From Octopus bimaculoides (lineage: Eukaryota): a DNA stretch of 64,000 bases. The position numbers were made by a program, and so were the translations under genes. The notes under the pieces are model-generated. The model was given only the letters and a program-made list of their open reading frames with translations. It did not search any database and had not been told where the DNA came from. Below are positions 54,247 to 64,000 of the stretch, piece by piece; position 1 is the first letter of the stretch; every line of letters starts with the position of its first letter. Location of the stretch: the NCBI RefSeq assembly GCF_001194135.2, contig NC_069005.1, positions 16,654,128-16,718,127 of the forward strand, given 5' to 3'.

Positions 54247-54452
54247 GGAGCAATGGCCCAGTGGTTAGGGCAGCGGACTCGTGGTCGTAGGATTACGGTT
54301 TCGATTCCCAGACTGAGCGTTGTAAGTGTTTATTGAGCGAAAACACCTAAAGCTCTACGAGGCTCTGGCAGGGGGTGGTGGTGAGCCTTTTACTTTTTTA
54401 AAGGTGGTGCTCCAGCATGGCCGCAGTCAAATGACTGAAACAAGTAAAAGAG
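54247..54452 (+). mobile_element. tRNA-derived SINE family D with Pol III A/B boxes
   Basis: A box tggcccagtggttagg, B box ggtttcgattccc, then a non-tRNA body and tail ...gcatggccgcagtcaaatgactgaaacaagtaaaag. Confidence 0.75.
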
Positions 54453-55199
54453 ATGATGATGATGATTGATATAAGATCATAATCGTGGCCGATGCCAGTG
54501 TCATGTAACTGGCACATAAAATGTACTCTTCAAACATTGGCTGATATGCTGTGCTTGAAAAGACCTCTCAAGCCGAGTGAAACCATAGTTGTGACTGATG
54601 CTAGTGCCGTCTGACTGGCACATAAAAAGCACCGTTTAAGCATTGGGCCTCACAGTGGCAGTAACAGGTGATCAACACCTTTTGCTGATATACTGTGCTT
54701 GTGTAAACCTGCCAAGCCAAGTGCAATCGTAGTCATGGCCAATGCTAGTGTCACGTCAATGGCTCCCATGCCAGTGGCATGTAAAGAGCACCCACTATAC
54801 CCTTGGAGCGGTTGGCATTCAGCTGTAGAAACCTTGTCAGATAGATTTGAACCAGGTGCAGCTCCCCAGCTTACCAGATCTCAGTCAAACCATCCAACCT
54901 ATGCCAGCATAGAAAACATGTTAAATGATGATGGGACAGTCTCCGGATGCAAAAAGAAAATTTGTTAGTCATATTGTACAAGGATAAAAGACAAATTTTA
55001 TTTTTATCTATCAATGAACAGCCAAGTGTTGGTGTTGATGGAAAGCCTATAGTAAATATTTCATATAATAAACATGGGTGGAGTGGATAAATCTGACTAG
55101 TGTCAGTCATACTACCCAATTGGAACAACCAGGATTAAAAAATGGTGAGGTATATTTTGTGGTTTTTAGTTAATTTGACTATTGTTAATTAATATATTG

Positions 55200-57010
55200 T
55201 GTATGTAAAAAGCCATGAGGTACCTCTGTCCCTTATCCCCTAGACCTCTTATGCTCCATCACTGTGGGCAATGTCTTCTAGAGACTCACATCCAAAGTTA
55301 GTTGCAGTTCCGTCACACCTAAACTAGGGTGAGGGACTCAGCCTCATACAGTTGGGGGCTGGCATAGCCAGCGAGTGCGAGGGAGCTACTCATGCTGCTA
55401 GTTATTTTTTCAATGACTCCTCAGCGATTCCAAGCATCTCATTGTCAAGCTTGACATGAAAAACACTTACAGCTGTCTGCACCATGACCACTTGGTTCAG
55501 GCCTGCTTCAGCCATACCTTGTCTGCCTACCTGCTGTACAAGGCTCTGAGCATGCTCATCACCACAGATGAGGTCATATCATTTTTGACTGGCACTCAAC
55601 AGTGATCCATTGAGCCTCCTCCTGTTCACTCTTGAGGTGGATGGCATTGCTTGGAGCATCACGGCTCCTTTCACCATCTAGTACATGGATGATGTGACAA
55701 TAGGTGGGCTTGTAGAGAGTGTCTGTCACAATCTCCTATTAGTTGTTCAGGTTCTGCTCTAGCGAGCATTGGCTTTAAGATAAAGTCATTTGAGTTGGAG
55801 GTTGTGAACATCACTTATGACACAGAAGGTTTTGTGTCCTCATCTCAGACATATGTTTACTACTTCACCTCCCATCTGCCATTCACTCCACCCTCAGGTC
55901 TAAGCTTCACCAGCTTGAAAGATTGATGGACAGACTGTATGTGATCACCACCCACCAAGCACTGTTCCTGTTAAGGAACTGCTTTGTTTTGCCAAAGTTA
56001 TTGCTTAACTTCCACAGTGCCCTTTGCTACAGCCATGTATCTCTCCTCACAGATCTCAATGCCTCTATCCAATGGGCCACTGAAGAAATGAGTAGGGTAC
56101 ATTAGGTTCAGTGGCACTGGATGGCAACAGGCCACCTTGCCCATCAAATTTGGTGACTTTGGCCTTTGATCTCTGGTCTCACTGACCATGCTGGCTTCTC
56201 ATTAACAGGGTTCTCCACACCTGAATCATTAGTGATTGAGGAATGTGAGGTAGCCTCCATGACATAGAGCCAGATTGGCTTGCACTTTGCTGACATCCAT
56301 CCCCCTCTGCCCTTTGTGGATGTCTAGTCCTCTCAAAAGAAATGGGATGAGTTAGTGTACCAACTTGACCAGCACCATGTAGCATGTTTCTGCTCAGCCT
56401 CTGAGCCTCGCAGTGGAGATTGGCTTCATGCAGTGCCATCGCTCACAACTGGCACTCAGCTTGATAGTGACAGTCTGTGCATCAGCATTTTCCTGAGGCT
56501 TGGCCTCCAGATCTGTGAGCCTCATGAATGCCACTGCAGACCCACTGTGGATTCTTTTGGTCTCCACCCACTGTCATACCATCATATTACTGGCCACCTT
56601 CCACATCATGCTACCCTTAACAAAATCAAAAGCATGGCCTAGATGCCCCTGGCTTCCCTTCCCAGCTTGAGCCTGCTGAACTAGACTGAGGGGATGGTAA
56701 AAGGCCTGACAATATGACAGTTTTCCTGTTCTGTGGCAGTAGGCCCCTCATCTGGGATGTCACATGCTGTGACATCTTCTCTAGTGACAACTTGATGTGT
56801 TCAGCTACTAGCCCAGGCTCCACTGTGCATCAGGCTGAGAAAAGCAGACTGTCAAGATATCGGTTGCTCTCTGACAGATTCATGGTTAAGTCTGTAGCAG
56901 CAGTGGAGACCTCTGGTGTTTTTGGCCCCTGGAACATATCCCTGCTCACTGTCGAGCCCCTTAAGTCAGAGTGGCTGTTCCAGCATATCTCCCTCACCAT
57001 CCTCAGACCA
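55200..57010 (+). mobile_element. CRE-clade (RLE-type) non-LTR retrotransposon, decayed RT-Zn-endonuclease
   Basis: YMDDVTIGG, ALFLLRNCF.LPKLL, ATLPIKFG, SGDWLHAVPS..GTQLD...LRLG...C.C....GLH, GKRPDNMT...LIWDVTC.D. Confidence 0.8.
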
Positions 57011-57850
57011 CCTAATGGTCCTGTATCTAGTCAATTTGTTGTCATTTAATTTGTCCCCAGTCAATTCATCAAGATCATAGGGAAAATGGAAGAATGAATA
57101 TCTGAATTAAAAAAACATTTATTTTAAGATTTGCTGTGTTACATATTTATTTTTACTTAAAATTTAAGATTGTGTTCAATTGCCTTTAGAAAAATAATTT
57201 TTTGCCTTGGATCATATTTCTCCATGAAAGTTTTTATATGTAGGTTTATATCTCTGTATTTTTTCTTTTAGTTTGGTTCTTCTCCTTGCATAAACTTGTG
57301 GAATTTGGTCCTGGCAAACCCTTTCTTCACATTTAATCACATCAATAAGTTTCCAAATATTTGGATGATTAATATTCACTGTGTTTTTCAGCACACTATG
57401 ACAGGCTTCTAAACTATTTGTAGTATGAGCAATCCCTGTCATACATCAATCCCAAATATTCCATATGGAGGTTCAAGGTGTCACCTCCTCTGTCCTCTTC
57501 CTCTAGGTGGTCCTATATAATTATTTTCAAAATAGGATACAACTGACTGTGGAATATCATCATCATCTACATGTTGTTCATATCCATCTACAACATCATT
57601 AACTGGCAAAATACCACATTTTTAGACGAAAACTGTTGTCTTCTTGAAATCTGCATTTTAGTCCTTCTTGCACAACATGCTTGTTCACATTTTGTCCTAA
57701 ATGAAACAAGCAGCATGCCAAATTCAACCCAGGAAATGATTCCAGAAATCCGTTATGGGCTGCTTTTTCGAAATCCATAATTATATTATCAGGTCCGTCA
57801 TTCTGCAGTAATTCATTTATTTTGGCAAAAAGTCTAAAAAATTCCACTGC
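57010..57850 (-). mobile_element. MULE/Mutator transposase fragment
   Basis: IIMDFEKAAHN...FPG....CLFHLGQN and TTNSLEA.H......HPNIWKLI. Confidence 0.8.
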
Positions 57851-57899
57851 TAGTCATAGATTTATAGAAATATTAATGGACTCTTATGGCTACAAGAAA

Positions 57900-59260
57900 A
57901 AAAAGATTTAAATACTTGTAGCAGAGATGGCATATGAGAATTTTTACAAAATTACCTGTTTAGGGCTACAAATGAGATGTGTAGTTGGAGGAAAGTCCCA
58001 ACCGAACCAAAGACAATTTGATTGAAGAGCAATACATTTGGTAGGGCAGTAAAAGCTTAGAAACAAGCTTGTAAAACCTGAAAAAAAGATGGTAATAAAA
58101 AGCATTACCAAATGGCCAGAAGGGCAGCTAGGCAACAGGTATAGTTGGCTAAGGGTGAAGCAGAAAGGATGGCATATGTTCATGTCCTGCAATGTGAGGA
58201 TCAGAGGCATCAAGTGTTCAGGATTGTGAGACAGTGTTAGAGAAAATTGAGATATCATTGTTGGGATGTGTATTCAGAATGAAGGCCCATTTGCCATTGA
58301 TGTAGAAGACAAGAAAATGGCATGGAAGTGTTATTATGAGGGGTTGCTGACTATGGAGAAAGCATGGGTTAAAGAGAGACTACCTCATGTTGACCCCACA
58401 GAGGGTCCAGCAATTCAGGTTGACAGCAGCATTATAAATAAAGTGATCGAGCACATAAAGAGAGCAAAAGCTACTGGTCTATCAAGGATAATTGCTGTGA
58501 CACTTAAAATATCTGATTACCACCCAAATAGTTAATCAAGTGATACAGGAATGTGTCATACCCAATGACTGATATAGCAGTGTCTCATTATCTTCTACAG
58601 GAGAAATTTAGAGGAATCAAATTGCTGGATCTAGATGTGAAAGTCACAGAGAGAGAGAGCGAGAGCAATAGCAAAATTGATCTATAGCAGAGTGATTCTA
58701 GATGAAATGCAGTGTAGTTTTATGAGTAGATGAGGTACCATTCATCTTAGCAAGGCTAAACTACTCTTCCTGGCATATATTGACTTGGGAAAGGTGTTTG
58801 ACAATGAACTATGTTCGGTCACTAAGGAAACTAGGTGTAAATGATTGGTTTGTGAGGGTTGTATAAGCTATGTAAAAAATGCAATAAGGTGAGAGTCAAC
58901 CATGATTTCAATGATGAATTTAACATGAAGGTAGGAGTCCATCAAGGCTTAGTCCTCAGCCTACTTCTATTCATCATAGTACTACAAACCATCACGGAGG
59001 AGTTTAAGATTGGCTGTCCATGAGATTTCTTACATGTTAACCTAGTTCTTGTAAACGAATCTATAGTGGAGTTAGAGAGAAAATTCCAAGCAAAGAAGCT
59101 AATCTTAGAATTGAAAGGCTTCAAGGTAAACTTAGTAAAGATGAAGGTTTCAGTAAGTAAGGAAGAAGATAGGTCCCAAGTCTCTTCAAAGAAATGGCCT
59201 TGTTCAGACATTGAATCCAATGTAAGCTATGAACAAACGAAGTGTAGTGAAATCACAGGT
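57900..59260 (+). mobile_element. RTE-type LINE RT remnant
   Basis: WKCYYEGLL, DLGKVFD, VGVHQGLVLSLLLFIIVL, LKGFKVNLVKMKV, KWPCS. Confidence 0.75.
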
Positions 59261-59371
59261 GAGATACAAGCCCTTATTTGTCTATATAATTATGCCTGTC
59301 AAGTTGTAATATGTGCATGTGTGATGTTAAATAATGATATATATATATATATATATGTGTTTCTTTTGCAG

Positions 59372-59428
59372 CTTCATAACATTCCGTTCATGTGGCCACC
59401 TTGACAACAAACATTCAGTATTTGGCAA
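59372..59428 (+). CDS. PPIL2: PPIL2 exon 14 (FITFRSCGHLDNKHSVFG)
   Basis: Acceptor tttgcag, donor gtaaga; 57 nt. Confidence 0.95.
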
Positions 59429-59959
59429 GTAAGATCGGCACACTGATTTCTTAATTTTTGTTTATTCACACTGCAACAACCTGGGCTACTGAGAATTATT
59501 TGTAAAAATAAAATGTAGACAATACTTTATGGAACACCATTAGTACACAAACCAATTACTCAATTGTTCCAATATCTCATCAATCCTGGCCGACTATAAC
59601 AATGCATGGCTTAAGAAACATTTAACCCTTAAGCATTTAAACTGGCCATATCTGACCAAAATATTCTACCTGTTCTATGTTTCAATCAGCAAGATCTGAC
59701 CTCTCACACCTACCCTACAATGTTCTAAAAATAAACAATCACATCATCAAAATCTCAAACATCAAAGTAATGCATGATTAATTGAAAACAATGTGAATAA
59801 ATAGGTTTTACATTTAATAGAATAAGCTGAATGCTAAAGGGTTAAAAAGAAAATTGAATATAATAATTATAGTTCTGAGAGGACCCATCAAGTCAAGTGA
59901 AATCATAGTCATGGTAACTGGCACCTGTGCTGGTGGCATGTAAAGAACACCGGAGACAA

Positions 59960-60602
59960 AGTTGCTGAGTTCCTTTCGAGTGTTGGGCCTCATGGAGGCA
60001 AAGTAGCTGAGTTCTTGTTAAGCATTGGGCCTCACGGAGGCAAAGTAGCTGAGTTCCTTTTGAGTGTTGGGCCTCATGGAGGCAAAGTAGCTGAGTTCTT
60101 GTTAAGCATTGGGCCTCACGGAGGCAAAGTAGCTGAGTTCCTNNNNNNNNNNNNNNNNNNNNNNNNNNNNNNNNNNNNNNNNNNNNNNNNNNNNNNNNNN
60201 NNNNNNNNNNNNNNNNNNNNNNNNNNNNNNNNNNNNNNNNNNNNNNNNNNNNNNNNNNNNNNNNNNNNNNNNNNNNNNNNNNNNNNNNNNNNNNNNNNNN
60301 NNNNNNNNNNNNNNNNNNNNNNNNNNNNNNNNNNNNNNNNNNNNNNNNNNNNNNNNNNNNNNNNNNNNNNNNNNNNNNNNNNNNNNNNNNNNNNNNNNNN
60401 NNNNNNNNNNNNNNNNNNNNNNNNNNNNNNNNNNNNNNNNNNNNNNNNNTAGCTGAGTTCCTTTTGAGTGTTGGGCCTCACGGAGGCAAAGTAGCTGAGT
60501 TCCTTTTGAGTGTTGGGCCTCACGGAGGCAAAGTAGCTGAGTTCCTTTTGAGTGTTGGGCCTCACGGAGGCAAAGTAGCTGAGTTCCTTTTGAGTGTTGG
60601 GC
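59960..60602 (+). repeat. 42-bp minisatellite inside a retroposon copy (gap in the middle)
   Basis: Unit ggcaaagtagctgagttccttttgagtgttgggcctcacgga, contiguous with no spacers; about 4 units left and about 3.5 right of the gap. Confidence 0.92.
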
Positions 60603-61750
60603 TTTGTGGAGACAATGACCGAGGCATTTGGTGTTAAGTCATGCTTGAGAAAAAGACCCCTCAAGCCAAGCAAAATTGCAGTCATGGCAGATACTGGTGT
60701 CACACAAATGGCACCTGTGCCAGTGGCATGCAAAAGCACTCATTACACTCTCGGAGTGGTTGTTAGGAAGGGCATTCAGCTGTGGAAAACCATGCCAAAT
60801 CAAACTGGAGTCTGGTGCAGCCTTCCAGCATGTCTGCCCAGTCAACCCATGCCAGCATGGACAACGGATGTTAAATGATGGTGATGAGGATGATGATAGT
60901 TCCTTGTGTAAATTTTGATCATGCTGATTTCCTCTTTATATTGTAATCTCACTAATTTCTTGTACATATTAAGATTAAAGTTATTTCCTGTACATATATT
61001 GAGATCATAGTTTATTTTCCATATACCTTGTAGTCACATAGGTTTCTTGTATATGCTGTCTGTAGTCATGTACATTTCCTGTGAACACACTAGTTTTCAG
61101 AACAGGTATTGCAGTGTAGTTGAGAAGTTTGCTTCCCAATCACATAGTTTTAGTTTCAGTTCCACTGCATGGCACCTTAGACAAGTATCTTCTGCTATAG
61201 TCAGCACATTTACCAGCACGCATTCATTTATGCATTTCCTACATACACATGTACACGTAGTTGTGCATGCATATCTCACACACAAACACAAGACATATAT
61301 TCACTTGAGCACAAATACATTGTACATATACATATAGGAGAGGGCGTTATGAGTTGCCAGGGAAGAGCCGGGGACAAAAACTTCTTAGCCATCATTTAGG
61401 AAGCAATGAGGGGTGAGAGAGGAAAGGGGGATTAACTGAACTACTTTTCTTTCTTTCTTATATTAAAGATACAACTGTGCTTGAGTTGAATCATTTTCAA
61501 GATTTTTTTCTTATTTCCTTATTAGCTCTTCATGCTAGGCTTGCAACAATAGCTTCCCTAAACTCATTTCAAGATGTTTTTAGTATCATCATCAGGATGA
61601 AGTTTTGATAATAATGGGCAGGTTCTTCACTCATTTTCTAGTAGGTTGAAAATGTTCATGGGAATACTGTTATAATGATAAAATCATCAATACCAGAATT
61701 ACAGGTTATATAATGATTAAGTTATGGAAAATTTCATGGTTTATTTAATA

Positions 61751-62862
61751 CTAGCAGTATAGCCTGGCGCTGCCCGGGATTAAGCTAGAATTATTAAGTG
61801 ATCAAGTGCTTTATTTCAAACCAAAATAAGTAACATCGACATCAGATTTGACCGAAATCCGTTGAAATTGGTTTGGCTGAAAATGGTTTGCTGGCAATTT
61901 GATTGGGAAATCCCATAAGGAATCAGTTTATTGGTTATTTCCACTCATTGACTTTTTTTTTAAGTTGCATTAGAGATCTGCATAGGAGAAGGTTGATCTG
62001 AAGGTTTGCATTGGGGATGTGGATTGGAGTAACTTAGGAAAACTTACCAACAGCCTTAACCAAAAAATAAGGGGCCTGTCCCTTCTAGGCTAACTCTAAT
62101 CCTAACCCTAAACCCTAACCCTAACCCTAAAACTGTAACCCTAACACCAACCGTAATCCTAATCCTAACCCTAACACTAACCTTAACCCTAACCCTAATC
62201 CTAACTGTAAAACCCTAACCCTAACCCTAAAACCCTAACCGTAACACCCCAGTGGAGATCGTGCAGGTGTTAATCTGAAANNNNNNNNNNNNNNNNNNNN
62301 NNNNNNNNNNNNNNNNNNNNNNNNNNNNNNNNNNNNNNNNNNNNNNNNNNNNNNNNNNNNNNNNNNNNNNNNNNNNNNNNNNNNNNNNNNNNNNNNNNNN
62401 NNNNNNNNNNNNNNNNNNNNNNNNNNNNNNNNNNNNNNNNNNNNNNNNNNNNNNNNNNNNNNNNNNNNNNNNNNNNNNNNNNNNNNNNNNNNNNNNNNNN
62501 NNNNNNNNNNNNNNNNNNNNNNNNNNNNNNNNNNNNNNNNNNNNNNNNNNNNNNNNNNNNNNNNNNNNNNNNNNNNNNNNNNCTTGGATAGAGAAATTTT
62601 TTTTCCTTAGACGCTTTGTCTCCCTTTCCCACTTTTTGTTGACTTTTTTTTTGTTAGACGCTAGCAAACACTGTAACACCCCTTGTCACAAACATACTAT
62701 TTCTTTCTTTCTTTCTCTCTCTCTCTCTGCTTCACGCGCAGATAGGGTCATGACGAATCTCCTCCTAAAATTGGAGCGACATGCGTGCTAATTTGTAGAC
62801 ATGCATAAAGTACAATCACGTACACACACACACACACACATCCTGCCTTATATATATACGGA
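61751..62862 (-). mobile_element. Apparently complete non-autonomous Helitron (A|TC...hairpin-CTAG|T) with internal telomere-like array
   Basis: Minus strand 5' A|TCCGTATATATATAAGGCAGG (62863-62862); 3' cccgggcagcgccagg-ctatactg-CTAG|T (61750). Contains a 302-nt N gap. Confidence 0.8.
62090..62250 (+). repeat. Degenerate interstitial (CCCTAA)n telomere-like array
   Basis: cctaaccctaaaccctaaccctaaccctaaaactgtaaccctaac... with variants. Confidence 0.92.
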
Positions 62863-63129
62863 TGTCGATTTCTTGTTTGTATTCTCCTACAAGCATGAAA
62901 GTGTCACTATATAACTGCAGACTTGGGTGTGTGCTTCTCAACCATGTAGTTTCAGGTTCAGTCCCATTCTGCACCACTTTGGGCAAGTGTCTGCTACTAT
63001 AGCCTCAGACCAACCAAAGCCTTGTGAATAGATTTAGAAGGTTGGAAACTATGTAAAAGCCCATCATATATGTGTGTTTACATGTGTGATCATTTGTATG
63101 GTAGTGCATCAGGTGGTGTTGATATCAGT

Positions 63130-63505
63130 TTTTCCTATGGCACCTGTGCCCAGCATCGCCTTCCTGGCACTTGTGCCGGATGGCACATTTAAAGACATTC
63201 GAGCGGGATCGTTGCCAGTGCCGCCGAACTGGCTCCTGTGCAGGTGGCACGTAAAATACACCATTTTGAGCATGGCCGTTGCCAGTACCGCCTGACTGGC
63301 CTTCATGCCGGTGGCACGTAAAAGCACCCACTACACTCTCGAAGTGGTTGGCAGTAGGAAGGGCATCAAACTGTAGAAACTCTGCCAAATCAGATTGGAG
63401 CCTGGTGTAGCCATCTGGTTTCACCAGTCCTCAGTCAAATCATCCAACCCATGCTAGCATGGAAAGCGGATGTTAAACGACGATGATGATGATGATGATG
63501 ATGAA
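63130..63505 (+). mobile_element. Short retroposon family B ending in (GAT)n (representative copy; SINE or RTE 3' end)
   Basis: gcacgtaaaagcacccactacactctc...aagggcatc...ccaacccatgctagcatggaaagcggatgttaaacgatgatgat. Other copies at about 4810-4995(-), 9235(+), 12387-12584(+), 19285(+), 48683-49125(-), 54040(+), 54480(+), 59905-60895(+). Confidence 0.85.
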
Positions 63506-63665
63506 GAAATCATTCAGTTTCTCTGTGTATTCAAAGCCATGTGGAATCAAAGGTCCCTTACTTGTAAAACAGATAAGGTTTAGCATCAGGAAGGCCTTAA
63601 ACAACATATTCTTCCAAACCATGCAAGCAATGGAAAATGGACACAAAACAAACACTACGCGCACG

Positions 63666-63697
<32 letters not shown>

Positions 63698-63916
63698 TGA
63701 TGTGTACATTTATTTTTAACATGGAAATTTAAATGCATTTGCTGCAGGATTTTTTTCTTTTTTTCTCAGTGAATACTTTTTATGTTTGAGTGTGTAAGCA
63801 AGGGAAATTATTAATGATGTATCTTGAACCTTACTGCTTCATATGCATATACTACACACACACAATAGTACCATTTTGTTAATCTAACATTACAGAAGCT
63901 GTTCTTTTTCTCACAG

Positions 63917-63986
63917 GGTTGTTGGTGGATTGGAAACTTTGAATAAAATGGAGAAGATTGAGACTGATGATAATGACAAACCTTTG
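63917..63986 (+). CDS. PPIL2: PPIL2 exon 15 (KVVGGLETLNKMEKIETDDNDKPL)
   Basis: Acceptor tcacag, donor gtaact; 70 nt; completes the AA|G codon. Confidence 0.92.
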
Positions 63987-64000
63987 GTAACTAGTATTTG

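Noticed and set aside
54247-54320. Functional tRNA gene
   Set aside because: A/B boxes are present but no complete cloverleaf or acceptor stem could be made, and it runs into a SINE body and tail.
59960-60602. Regular repeat as a CRISPR array
   Set aside because: The units are contiguous with no unique spacers, there are no cas genes, and the context is eukaryotic and intronic.
62090-62250. True chromosome end
   Set aside because: The array is short and degenerate, lies inside a Helitron and an intron, and the gene continues beyond it.

Overview
AT-rich, microsatellite- and transposon-dense eukaryotic scaffold with six N-gaps. It is most consistent with a coleoid cephalopod, probably Octopus; this is inferred from repeat style, not verified. 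The whole window lies inside one + strand host gene, PPIL2 (U-box/cyclophilin, Cyp60). I reconstructed 15 consecutive GT-AG exons (5313-63986; 1126 nt, open frame, all splice phases compatible). The start and stop exons were not found. The introns hold decayed mobile elements: many Penelope-like retroelements (some with hammerhead-ribozyme-like cores), piggyBac, Tc1/mariner, MULE, two Gypsy elements and a probable solo LTR, Helitron pieces, R4/Dong-, CRE- and RTE-type LINE fragments, and at least four SINE-like families. Most supplied ORFs are artefacts of N-gaps, microsatellites or TE remnants. Best leads: an inverted pair of minimal hammerhead-like motifs (26560-26795); a complete non-autonomous Helitron carrying a (TTAGGG)n array, with an oppositely oriented relative bracketing exons 12-14; His rather than Tyr at the Trp121-equivalent active-site position of PPIL2; and several foldback structures. 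No prokaryotic features or CRISPR arrays are present. TE boundaries are approximate unless termini are quoted.
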